A stretch of 64,000 nucleotides of DNA from Chrysomallon squamiferum (taxonomy: Eukaryota > Animalia > Mollusca), in NCBI GenBank assembly GCA_012295275.1, contig CM022665.1, positions 47,988,001 to 48,052,000 on the forward strand, written 5' to 3'. The position numbers and the translations under genes are program-made. Below, piece by piece: positions 18,649 through 31,600 of this stretch (its first letter is position 1; each line of letters begins with the position of its first letter). The notes under the pieces are model-generated. The model saw nothing but the letters and a program-made list of their open reading frames with translations. It made no database searches and was not told where the DNA came from.

Positions 18649-21600
18649 GTATTTATTTTATTTTTTATAGTTGATGGTTTTGGATGTTTTGGGAGGCTTT
18701 TTTTTGGTTGTTTTTTAAAAACTTTTTGCCTTGTTTAAATTTTTATTTTTAATACATTTATTTAATAGTGGGAGGGCTGGAATGGCGACTTAAGGTTGGT
18801 TTGTTCATTTCATTTTTTTTTTTTTCTTTTTTTTCAAATAATTTTCTTGTTTACATTTGTGTGATTGAATGTGAACAAGTTTGACATAATGTAGGTAAAT
18901 AATAATATGACTCTTTACATGTTTGAACTGTTGATAATAACAAAACACAATTGTTTACACGGTTTTAACAAAATGTAAGTAAAAAGTAAAACAACTGTTT
19001 ACAAATGGTTAATTTAGTAATACTATCATTGTAAGTATGCGTGTGTGTGTGTGTTGGTGTGTATATTTGAACCGTTTGAAAATGAATACAAAAATAATTA
19101 TTTACAGGAAATTTATATAAATAAATATAACACATGTTTAGCCATGTTTATATGAAAATAAATATAACAGTTCTTTCCATATTGCAGGACATTTCGTGTC
19201 CATACGGTACAGTGTGCGGTCTGCAGGAGAAATGTGTCTACCCGGAAAAATGTCCGGCCCAGCCAGCGTGCGTAGGTGAGAAAAATTTCATTTATTAACA
19301 CTTTCGTTCATTCATTTATTTGTTCATTCATTCAGTCGTGTAAACCTTTTTATATTGTTTAATTTATTCGTTCACTAGCTCCACTGAATAATCCTTACAT
19401 TCGCTGTCCCGTCGGAGAGCCAGTGAGAGACGCTGACGGAAACGTGGTGTATTCTGGGAGGGGAAGCCCTCCAGACAGATGTCCGGAAGGAACAGAGCCG
19501 CTCATTTCTCCCACAGATCGATTTGCAGTCTGCTGCTGGCGTCACAGTGAGAAAAACACATTGCTTGATGTTATTTAGTTAAAACACGTTGCTTGATGTT
19601 ATTTAGTTAAAACACATTGCGTGGTGTTATTTAGTTAAAACACATTGCGTGGTGTTATTTAGTTAAAACACATTGCTTGATGTTATTTAGTTAAAACACA
19701 CTGCTTGATGTTATTTAGTTAAAACACATTGCTTGATGTTATTTAGTTAAAACACACTGCTTGATGTTATTTAGTTAAAACACACTGCTTGATGTTATTT
19801 AGTTAAAACACATTGCGAGGTGTTATTTAATTAAAACACATTGCTTGATGTTATTTAGTTAAAACACATTGCTTGATGTTATTTAATTAAAACACATTGC
19901 TTGATGTTATTTAATTAAAACACATTGCTTGATGTTATTTAATTGCTTGATGTTATCTATATTTGTACTAGACAAACGTGTAATGATACTTACTATGAAT
20001 CTATATTTGTACTAGACCAACCTGTAATGATACTTACTATGAATCTATATTTGTACTAGACAAACGTGTAATAATACTTACTATGAATCTATATTTGTAC
20101 TAGACCAACCTGTAATGACACTTACTATGAATCTATATTTGTACTAGACCAACCTGTAACGATACTTACTATGAATCTATATTTGTACTAGACCAACCTG
20201 TAATGATACTTACTATGAATCTATATTTGTACTAGACAAACGTGTAATGATACTTACTATGAATCTATATTTGTACTAGACAAACGTGTAATGATACTTA
20301 CTATGAATCTATATTTGTACTAGACAAACGTGTAATGATACTTACTATGAATCTGTATTTGTACTAGACCGATCTGTAATGACACTTACTATGAATCTAT
20401 ATTTGTACTAGACAAACCTGTAACGACAAGTTTGGAAACGACGAAACCTGGGATCTGTCCGGTGTCACGTGGTGTGGGAGACTGCAGAGACTCGTGCAGA
20501 AATGACAGCTCGTGTCCAGGACGACTCAAGTGCTGTCAGAATGGGTGTGGAGTCTCGTGTATGTCTCCCGCGGCCAATCTCACTGACCCCTGCATCTCAC
20601 ACGTGAGAACGTTTCAATTAATAACTTTACTATTTCGAAAGAAATTGAATCTAACTATTTTTAGAGTCTAACTGTAGTTTAAAATCGCAGAATAACAGTG
20701 TTTCTGTGTTAATGCTTCACTTTCTTTTGCTACGTGGTCATCGACAACAAATTTAGGTTGTGTGGTTCTTTGTTTCTTTACACTTATAGATAGATATATA
20801 CAGAAAATAACAAATATATTGACCATTATAAAAATTACTCATCTGTTGTTACTGTGGTCAAATCAGTTGATATCAACAGCGCATCATGGTTTTTGTAATA
20901 AAAATCTGTAAAAGAATTCCTGAAAATCTTCATCTAATTCAACAAATATCTGATGCTTATAAAAATTAAACAAAGTTACAAATTTAAACTTGTTGTTACC
21001 TACGATCTGTAGTTTGATTACGCGGTTTGTTCAAGAGAATACGTACTAACAGTGAGTCTGATGTTTACAGAATATCAGGTGTAACCCTGGTTATGTGTGT
21101 CGTCTGCATCGCGTGCAGTGTGTGACGTCACCGTGTCCCCCTCAACCTAAATGTGTCTGTGAGTTCTCTTAACTCTTATTTGTCTAATTACGATAATTAC
21201 AGTAATGTTACTTTATTGAAATCAGTCTGGTTTGTGTGTTTTCCTTTTTAATAGTCTGTAGTTTAAATATTCTAATTTGTTCTCTATGCCCAGTAAAGTA
21301 TGAAGAAATGAATATTGTAATAGTTTGTGTTCTTCCCTTTTCGTTGTGGCATTATTTTTGTTATATCATACAGTGGCATCCAAAGTAATAACGCAGGCGC
21401 ACTGTCCTCTGGGTAATCCCGTGCTGGACGTGGATGGACGAGAACTGAACTGTGGGTTTGTGATAAATCCAGACCGTTGTCCTGACAACACTTCCTGTAG
21501 TGCTTCGCCCGTTGACAAATATGGCGCCTGTTGTTGGATTAATAGTAAATTTAATATTTCATTTTTATTTTATAAGATGTTTTAATTATTTTTAATAGTC

Positions 21601-24600
21601 AGTGCATATTAACAGAACAAAATATTCCGAAAAAGAGGAGACAGGAACAATTCATTTAAAAAAAAACGTCCTTTAAAAAAATTATATTTCCAGTTAAACA
21701 TATGACGTTGTAAATATTATATTTTTTTACGAAATACTAAACGCGATATTTATAATCAGACATAAACAATCTCTATGGAAAATACTGACAACAACAAAAA
21801 ATATATATATATATTTATTGTTCTGATTATTACTAATATTACTTATTGAATATTATTAATACTTACTGATATTAATGACAATATTCACGTCGTTGTTTTT
21901 AAATTATTAAAAATATAATGAGTTAAGATTTCACACAGACACTCACACACTGCACCCACCCACACCCAGACCAGTGAAACCTGGACGATGTCCCAGCAGG
22001 AGGGGTGTGGTCGGAACCTGTGTTGAAATGTGTAACAACGACAGCGGCTGTCCCGGCAGTATGAAGTGTTGTAACAACGGCTGCGGCCACGTTTGCATGG
22101 AACCCGAAAACAGCAGTAATTCCTGCAAGGTTTTCTTTTTTTCTTTCTTTCTTCTTCTTCTTCTTCTTGATCATCATCATCTTCGTCGTCGTTGTCGTCG
22201 TCTTCATTATTTATTTATTTATTTATTTACTCATTCGTATAAGAATGTGTAGTGAATTCTGATAACAGTGTAAAATATATTGTTTTAAAGTACCTATTAT
22301 TATAATTTTACGTCTATTATGATTTGAATATTTAAAATTATGTTGTTGGTTGTTTTTTGTTTTTTTGAAGAACGTCGTCTGTCCACGGGGAAGCACGTGT
22401 GAACTACGACCACTGCCGTGTCTGATAGCGCCGTGTGCTGTCCAAGCTGTGTGTACGAGTGAGTTTTCTTGTTACGTCATTACGTCCGTGTGCTAGTTGT
22501 TACGTCAATGAGTTTATTGTTACGTCATTACGTCCGTGTGCTAGTTGTTACGTCAATGAGTTAGTTGTTACGTCATTACGTCCGTGTCCTAGTTGTTACG
22601 TCAATGAGTTAGTTGTTACGTCATTATGTCCGTGTACTAGTTGTTACGTCAATGAGTTAGTTGTTACGTCATTACGTCCGTGTCCTAGTTGTTACGTCAA
22701 TGAGTTAGTTGTTACGTCAATTGTTACGTCAATGAGTTAGTTGTTACGTCATTACGTCCGTGTGCTAGTTGTTACGTCATTATGTCCGTGTGCTAGTTGT
22801 TACGTCATTACGTCCGTGTGCTATTGTTACGTCATTATGTCCGTGTGCTAGTTGTTACGTCATTATGTCCGTGTACTAGTTGTTACGTCAATGAGTTAGT
22901 TGTTACGTCATAACGTCCGTGTCCTAGTTGTTACGTCAATGAGTTAGTTGTTACGTCATTACGTCCGTGTCCTAGTTGTTACGTCAATGAGTTAGTTGTT
23001 ACGTCATTACGTCCGTGTGCTAGTTGTTACGTCAATGTGTTAGTTGTTTCGTCATTACGTGTTTTAACTTAGTTATTCCGAGATTTTAAAATAGAAAGAT
23101 AGTTAGATTCTACTTTTTTTCAAAACAGTTAAATTAACAATTAAAATGTACTCACAGTTATTAACTGTTTGAAAGCGTTGTTTTGATTACGTAGATTTAT
23201 ATACAAAATTTCTTGTGTTGTTGTGAAAAGGTGCAAAGATCCCGTGGAGATGTCGGCAGCCGCCAGTTCGAGGTCACTGCAAAGGGAAGTTTGTCTACTG
23301 GTACTACAACGTCGTCACCGTCCGCTGTGAGAAGTTTGTGTTCGGTGGTTGCGGCGGAAACAGCAACCGATTTCTCACCGCCTCCGAGTGTTACAGTCAC
23401 TGTGAGTGTTATCTCCGTAACAGTGTTTAGATATGTTACAGTGTGAGTGTTATCTAATGTAACAAAGTTTACGTATGTTATAGTGTGAGTGTTTTCTAAA
23501 GTAACAAAGTTTACGAATGTTACAGTGTAAGTGATGTAACAGAGTTCATGTATGTTACAGTGTGGGTGTTGTCTAATGTAACAAAGTTTACGAATGTTAC
23601 AGTGTGAGTGTTATCTAATGTAACAAAATTCACCTATGTTATTATGTTTTAACAATTACTTTTAATTAAATAAAAAATATTTGTTTATTGCAGGTAATCC
23701 CAGTGCAAGTCCGTGTATGGTAAGACATTTAATAAATATTTATTTAATACATTCTATTGCTGTCTGTTAGTATACAGATGTTATTTATTTAATACATTCT
23801 GTTACTGTCTGTTAGTATACAGATGTTATTTATTTAATACATTCTGTTACTGTCTGTTAGTATACAGATGTTATTTATTTAATACATTCTGTTACTGTCT
23901 GTTAGTATACAGATGTTATTTATTTAACACATTCTGTTACTGTCTGTTAGTATACAGATTTTATTTATTTAACACATTCTATTGCTGTCTGTTAGTATAC
24001 AGATGTTATTTATTTAACACATTCTGTTACTGTCTGTTAGTATACAGATGTTATTTATTTAACACATTCTGTTACTGTCTGTTAGTATACAGATGTTATT
24101 TATTTAACACATTCTGTTACTGTCTGTTAGTATACAGATGTTATTTATTTAACACATTCTGTTACTGTCTTTTTGTATACAGATGTTATTTATTTAACAC
24201 ATTCTATTGCTGTCTGTTAGTATACAGATGTTATTTATTTAATACATTCTGTTACTGTCTTTTTGTATACAGATGTTATTTATTTAACACATTCTATTAC
24301 TGTTTGTTACTATACAGATGATATTTCAGATAGAACTGTTTGTAATCCAGCAGTAACATGACAGTACTTTATAATCATCATTCAGCAGACTACATAGTAC
24401 TGATACTAGTATAGAATGAAGCAGAAAATTGAGCACAGAGAAAAATTCAAACTTCTAACACATCTTGCTTCACGCAAACAACGTAATAAAAAATATATCA
24501 ATCAAGTCTTTTATCAAATATCTGTACATCATAAATCACATTGTAATAATTCTGTTTCTTTTAATATTATGTGCTGTTGGTTTATTTATTTATTCATTCA

Positions 24601-24613
24601 TTCATTTATTCTT

Positions 24614-24648
<35 letters not shown>

Positions 24649-26338
24649 TCCTTGTCATCATTCATTGTTTGTTTTGTTTCAAAGAGAAAGTCATGTGACG
24701 GGAAATGTTTCATACATTCAGACAAAACGTGTGAACATGGCCCTTGTAACCAGAGAGCGACGTGTGGTACGTTTTATATATCTTAATATGTCTTACAGTA
24801 ATATTAATATGTCTTACAGTAGTATAAATATGTCTTACAGTAGTATAAATATGTCTTACAGTAGTATAAATATGTCTTACAGTAGTATAAATATGTCTTA
24901 CAGTAGTATAAATATGTCTTACTGTAGTATAAATATGTCTTACAGTAGTATAAATATGTCTTACAGTAACATAAATATGTCTTACAGTAGTATAAATATG
25001 TCTTACAGTAATATAAATATGTCTTACAGTAGTGTAAATATGTCTTACAGTAGTATAAATATGTCTTGCTGTAGTATAAATATGTCTTACAGTAGTATAA
25101 ATATGTCTTACAGTAGTATAAATATGTCTTACAGTAGTATAAATATGTCTTACTGTAGTATAAATATGTCTTACAGTAGTATAAATATGTCTTACAGTAA
25201 CATAAATATGTCTTACAGTAGTATAAATATGTCTTACAGTAATATAAATATGTCTTACAGTAATGTAAATATGTCTTACAGTAGTATAAATATGTCTTGC
25301 AGTAGTATAAATATGTCTTACAGTAGTATAAATATGTCTTACAGTAGTATAAATATGTCTTACAGTAGTATAAATATGTCTTACAGTAGTATAAATATGA
25401 CTTACAGTAGTATAAATATGTCTTACAGTAACATAAATATGTCTTACACTAGACAACAGTAATATAAATATGTCTAGTTACTAATATGTATAATTATCTC
25501 CATATATCAGCAGATAAACACAGGCTATTTACTATAATTATTTATACATATTTATTTATTATTTTTCATTGATTAATATTTTCTCTCTTTCACATATAGA
25601 GATTAGTCAATCTCAAGATTATATACATATAATAATTATTATTTTAGTAAAATATCTATACTTAGAACACACAAAAGAAATGAATGTTTATATATTACCG
25701 GGATTTTCGTTTTTAAAAAATGGGATAATATCTGTCCTCGTCACAAGGTGTTTTTGTGTAATATTTACAGATGTTTAAGGCTGACTTTTCTACACTATTT
25801 GCTGATGTTTAAGGCTGTCCTCTACAATATTTACTGATGGTATTTCGTGTAATATTTACTGATGTTTTTATTCAAGGGCGTTTTAGAATTTTATTCGGTT
25901 GATATCATTTCTTAACATACATCACTGCTGTTATTATTTAATATACTTAGTTAAATTATGTTGACAATTAGTAGAAATAATAAATTAATTAAATTTCATT
26001 CAGCTATAGGATATTTGTAATTGTAATTTATCGTTATATGAGTTACAGGTACCACCACCACCACGACAACGACGTCAGCATTAGTAAAGCCAGGTCGGTG
26101 TCCCGTTCCCAGGGGCAAACCGTCCTGTGAGGTCACGTGCAGAAACGACTACGACTGCAGCGGCGACCTCAAGTGTTGTTACAACGGCTGCGGTCGCCTG
26201 TGTACGAGATCAGTGACGTTGCCGCCGTTGCTGCCACCGTGTCCACCTGGTGTCCCAGCTGTGATGTGCAGGTGGCTCGAAAGTCTGGCGAAGATTTTAG
26301 TGAACATGTTCAGACAAACTATCAGCAGTTCACACTAG
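17478..26338 (+). CDS. Secreted multidomain Cys-rich protease-inhibitor / matrix protein (FOLN-like, lustrin/WR1, 3x WAP, 1x Kunitz)
   Basis: Phase-consistent exons: 17478-17510, 18228-18293 (signal peptide MQFISLHFLVWVFSPIHVFS), 19188-19275, 19379-19546, 20412-20602, 21071-21158, 21374-21544, 21939-22129, 22371-22458, 23231-23401, 23694-23719, 24685-24766, 26049-26338 (TAG). WAP motif KPG.CP...C..D..C.G..KCC.NGCG..C occurs three times. Kunitz domain: CRQPPVRGHCKG...WYYN...CEKFVFGGCGGNSNRF...EC...C. Lustrin-type domain: CPLGNP...CG...CP...C....VD..GACC. Confidence 0.9.
17549..17845. repeat. (GTA)n/(GTG)n microsatellite and low-complexity tract
   Basis: Long gtagtagta tract in intron 1. Confidence 0.9.
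19552..19955. repeat. 28-bp tandem array directly after a splice donor
   Basis: Unit aaaacacattgcttgatgttatttagtt. Confidence 0.9.
19955..20427 (+). repeat. 44-bp tandem array (~11 copies) spanning the acceptor of the first WAP exon
   Basis: Unit atctatatttgtactag|acaaacgtgtaatgatacttactatga; last copy is the true acceptor at 20411. Confidence 0.92.
22460..23062. repeat. 48-bp compound minisatellite starting at a splice donor
   Basis: Unit gagttagttgttacgtcattacgtccgtgtgctagttgttacgtcaat. Confidence 0.9.
23389..23640 (+). repeat. ~42-bp array spanning the Kunitz exon donor
   Basis: Unit ~tgttacagt|gtgagtgttatctaatgtaacaaagtttacgaa. Confidence 0.8.
23736..24322. repeat. 45-bp minisatellite, ~13 copies
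   Basis: Unit tatttatttaacacattctgttactgtctgttagtatacagatgt; explains the spurious ORF 23713-24321. Confidence 0.92.
24783..25475. repeat. 21-bp minisatellite, ~33 copies
   Basis: Unit aatatgtcttacagtagtata; explains the spurious ORFs 24416-25462 and 24710-25456. Confidence 0.93.
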
Positions 26339-26690
26339 AATTCACACTAGAATGTTTACTGTGTACATCTCACACTAGATTCTACTCAGTGTAGTTCACA
26401 CTAGACGTTTTACTCAGTAAAATTCACACTAGACTGTTTACCCTGGCCACTTCACACTAGAATGTTTACTATGTACATCTCACACTAGATTCTACTCAGT
26501 GTAGTTCACACTAGACGTTTTACTCAGTAAAATTCACACTAGACTGTTTACCCTGGCCACTTCACACTAGAATGTTTATGTACAGTTCACACTAGACTAC
26601 ATTTCACACTAGATTCTAATCAGTATAGTTCGCACTATATTGTTTACTGTGTACAGTTCACACTAGACTTTTTGCTTTGAATTGTTCACA
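26326..26690 (+). repeat. Degenerate repeat with core ttcacactag (contains the stop codon); ~110-bp higher-order duplication
   Basis: Core recurs about 14 times; 26341-26460 is duplicated at 26451-26570. Confidence 0.85.
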
Positions 26691-27411
26691 CGGAAACACT
26701 TGTTTGAAATAAATAAATAAGAATTAAAAATTAAAAAGTTTAGAATTTCTTGTGATCCGGGCAGAATAGTTTATCTGTGTTTTTTAAGCATGTCCATGTA
26801 CATTAAACAAAACTTGTATAATGTTTCTTACTAACAGGAAGTAGGCCAGATGAACATTATGTCATTCCTCCTCACTATTCAAGTCATGTGACTTCCAAGT
26901 TATAATTAGTTTTTTTTTTTTTTTTTTTTTTTTTTTTATTCATTGTCATCAAAGGTTCATTTAGGTTACGTTCTTATGCAGTCATAACCTAACTGAGCCT
27001 GTTTTTTCGTGTTTTTTTTTTGTTGTTTTGGGGGGTCTGATATGTTTATTTATTTGGTTGTTGTTGTTTGTTTTTGTTTTTTTTTTTTTACTCTCCCTCT
27101 TCTCAGGAAAGATTTCTGGAAACACGACATTTTCTTCTCTTTTTTTTTCTTTTTTTTTTCCCCCTATAATGTTAATAAGTAGAAATTCAAATTAAAAGTC
27201 TGATAAAGAAGATAGTTTATTCTGTACAAAACAGGCAGGTTTAAATCAAAATTAAGTTGAGAAAAATGTAAGCAAACAGTTTACGAAACACGTCATGAAG
27301 GTTACAAATTCCTTATAGTTTGCAGCTCAGTCTTTCACGCATTATTGCGCACACAAAAAGCCCTACATTTAGAAAGACGACTTTTGAAAACATTTTTTTA
27401 ATTTTTTTTAT

Positions 27412-27460
<49 letters not shown>

Positions 27461-27815
27461 AATATATATATATAAAAATACAAAGATTATATGGAAAAAA
27501 TATAAAATATAAATCTCTGTTCCGATAGAAGCGATATCCACTGAATGAATTCGTTTATGTCTACGGTTTCCGTTTGAAGTCTACCGTAATCGTTGCGATG
27601 AAAAACATCTAGTTACTGCCATGACATACATTTGTGAACTGCACAAAACATCGCAAGACAATTTTGCACATTTAAATCGAGTGTGGTTTCAGACTTGCAA
27701 AACAGGAAACAAGTCATAATAGACTAGATTTATGATTAAAAATATAATCAGTAATGAAATATCAAACACGAGAAGATGATGATAATGATTATTGTTCTTA
27801 TTATTGTTGTTCTGG

Positions 27816-27880
<65 letters not shown>

Positions 27881-28662
27881 CAAATAAATAAATATACCTG
27901 TAATGTTATTGTTTATGGGTTGGATTGTGCACTTGCAAAAAGCTGAAGTCGTGGATATAACCAGTATTATGTGACAAACGGCAACAATAATAATCATTAT
28001 AATTACCTACTCCACTGAAAAGTAACCCCTTCATGCCCTCCGTGAAGACAGAGAGTACCTTATAAACAGACTCATGCCGCCAAGTATCAACGCTGGCTTC
28101 TCGAGTATGGCTAAGTATTCTCAGATTATAACACGTTTAGAACTAGACCCATATGATCTTATTAATTAAGTTATTCCATAAATAATATTACATTTTATTT
28201 AATAATCAATTAAACTTATTTTGGCAGGATTCCTTGGCTTTTGACAATAACGGGTTCAAAACAAAACAAAAACAAAAGATAAAATCATTTTTAAAAAAGA
28301 TGAAAAAAATAAATTTAAAAATTGTTTTCAATACGTCATACTCAAAATACCCACGTCACTCAATATTTCCTTCTCTTGAGCATAGGCCCCAAGCCGAGAA
28401 ACAGTGTTACATATGTTTACTTGAATTACATTACATAATCGATTACTGCACATTCGTTTTAAATTTTAATTGCTCAAATTGCACCAGAAATGATAATGTT
28501 ATCGACAGATGGATTATTTAGCACTGGGTACTTTCATTCATGAGTTCATCCACTCGTTCTGAGGAGAGGAAGTTAGACTTTTTGAGCGTAACATTACAAA
28601 AGCAGCCAGTTCAGTGTGATGCTCTAACCGGAAAGGAGGTCGTATAAAACAAGAAAATAAAA

Positions 28663-31600
28663 ATGACTGCCAGCGCTGCCCAGCTTTTAAATATTAATCC
28701 ACCCTTAACAGCTCAAGAAAGGGCTACAAGATCGGTGTTTGGTGGGTGATGCATTTAAAGTTTGTAATAGTAGTATTATGCTTTATAACCAAATAAAATG
28801 TAGTAATAGCAAATTACGCATATGATGAATAACGAAGTTTAGAATTAATACCATTAATTATAGGATTATTTTTATTAATATAACATTAAATTTAAAATAT
28901 TGTATTTCGTTAAATCATAAATATAACTATTGTCTTTTTTATTTATTTAAATAATTTCAATGATATAAATACATTAAAGCACCATAAAGTCATGTGAAAA
29001 CACTTATTTCCATTGTCACATTGTGGTTCTGTTTCAGTTGGAAATATTCCCTATGAAGCAACAGAAGAACAACTGAAGGAAATTTTCACCCAAGCTGGTC
29101 CAGTTGTCAGTTTCAGGTTGGTTTTGCATCTTACACACACACAGATATATATAATTTGATGTGAACAGATAGAAATGTATTTAGATTACAGGCTCTTATA
29201 AACATGTCAATATTTCAGGTTGGTGTATGACAGAGAAACAGGCAAACCAAAAGGATATGGCTTCTGTGAGTACCTGGACTTGGAAACGGCACAGAGTGCT
29301 ATGCGTAACCTCAACAACCATGACTTCAACGGGCGACCGCTGCGAGTTGGCGTAGCTGCAGGAGAACAGAGTAAAGATGACATCAAGGGCATGCAGCAAG
29401 CTGTGGGCGGAGCACCCATTGAAGTGAGATTCTTTTAAAACAAGAGTGAATCAAATTGTTAAACACCAGTTGATTCCTCCAACTTCTGTTTCACGTAGAA
29501 CACCATTCACAAAATGTTTAATTTCTTTGTATTCACAGAGTCCATATGGAGATCCAATTGAGCCTGAGAAAGCCCCAGAAGCAATTTCTAAAGCTGTGGC
29601 CAGTCTTCCTCCTGAACAGATGTTTGAACTCATGAAACAAATGAAGGTAAACTGCATTTCTGTTGTTTAAATTATTTTTATATTACATCACAGTTGAATA
29701 TCTGTGCTTGTTGTTCCTTTTTTGTTGTTTTATTCTCTTTCACAAGGATTCAAAGAATTTGACAAATAATTTTAATATAAACTATAATGGATATTTTGAG
29801 TAAAAAGAATTAAATAAAAGAAATTTTTAGTTTTTACTGATTAAAACTGATAGTATATTTCATTTTGTGAGTTGGTATGAAAATAATAGTATGTTGTGCT
29901 GTTGACTTTTTGGTGTAAACTGGTGACTATATAATAAAATAAAGTGTAGTTAAGTGTTCTGTGTAAGTTATTGTGTTAACATGTATTTCAGCTGTGTTAA
30001 CGTGTATTACAGCTGTGTTAACGTGTATTTCAGCTGTGTATTCAGAACAACCCGACGGAGGCGCGCAGCATGCTGTTACAGAATCCACAGTTGGCGTACG
30101 CTCTGCTTCAGGCTCAGATTGTCATGAAAATTGTCGATCCACAAGTTGCACTGGTCAGTAACTACACAGAAAATGTTTAATTTAAATTTCTGTACCAATT
30201 CTCTTCACAGCAGTGGTTAGTTAAAAATAGATTCCTGATTTTATCTGAAATCAGTCTTGAATAAACTCTCAGAAAAAATGTATCAGCTCAGTTAATTATT
30301 TAGAACATTTTAAGATACTATATGAAAATATTTTACAGTCAGTGACTAATTCACAAAACAAGTACTTACTGGAACTGAAAATGTAAAAAATATTAACCAT
30401 TCATTGTAGAGTTTTAATGGAGTCATTCTATTGACTTGTTACATTTGTTAATGATAGTTTTACATCATTCCATTGTCTGATGGTTGTAGTTAATTATGTC
30501 TGCTGGAGTTATTGTTGTGATTTTGTTCAACAGGCCATGTTGTATCGAGATCCAAACCAGATTCCCACCTCAACACCTGTTTCTAATGGAGCTGCTCATG
30601 TGGTACGTATAAACAACACTCTGCTGTTACACTTTAAATAATACTGTACCTTTATAATACATTAAACCAGACAGTGCCATTATTATACATTAAACAATAC
30701 AGTGCCATTATTATATATTAAACAAGACAGTGCCAAATTTGTATATTAAACAATGCAGTATTATTATAAATTAAACATTGCAGTATCATTATTATACATT
30801 AAACAATACTGTACCTTTATTATATATTAAACAATACAGTGCCATTATTGTATGTTAAACAATACACTTTTATTATGACATTATTTAGATGTTCAGTAAT
30901 ACAGTACAGCCATAATAAAACTAACAAACACTGTGTTTCTATGGTTACAATATTTTTCAGCTTGTGAACAACACAGTTATGTTATTTTATTACTGCACTG
31001 TTTAAACAAATTTATTTCTGTGTTTATTTTTAAAATTTTAAAAAAAAAAGACAGTTCATGAATTACAGTAAAATAGTCCTGTGTTAATATGAACTACTTC
31101 ATTATAATTAAATTATCTGTATGTTTCCACACAGAACTTTACACTGATAAGTCATGTAAAAACACTAAACTTGTACTTCAAGAATTTGCCTTAATGCTAA
31201 ACATTCTCTTAGTAAAGAATTTAATCAGGGAGTTAAGATAAGATATTTTGTAAAACTGTTTTTAATGATTTTTGTATTTATAATCTCTATCTGTAGATAT
31301 GTAGATATGTAGATAGTACATACCAGTATATGTTATATTGTGTTTTAAACAGACACCCACTTCCTCATCACCTATGGACATCAGTCAGTCTCAGGGCATG
31401 ATACCTCCAGGTAATTAAATAATAACTACATACTTTTAATACTTTTAAACAAGTAAAATATTTATCATTAAATTTGTTTGCTAGGTGTATTTAATGTTGA
31501 GTAAATTATAACTTTTTCACTTTTAATGACATCTTATTTTATATTTCAGTATTATGACAGAGGTGGATTCTGCATATTATTGTATATTTTAATATTATAC

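Noticed and set aside
23713-25462. ORFs of 202, 248 and 348 aa
   Set aside because: Translations of the 45-bp and 21-bp intronic minisatellites; only 24685-24766 and the end of 23694-23719 are real exon, in another frame or context
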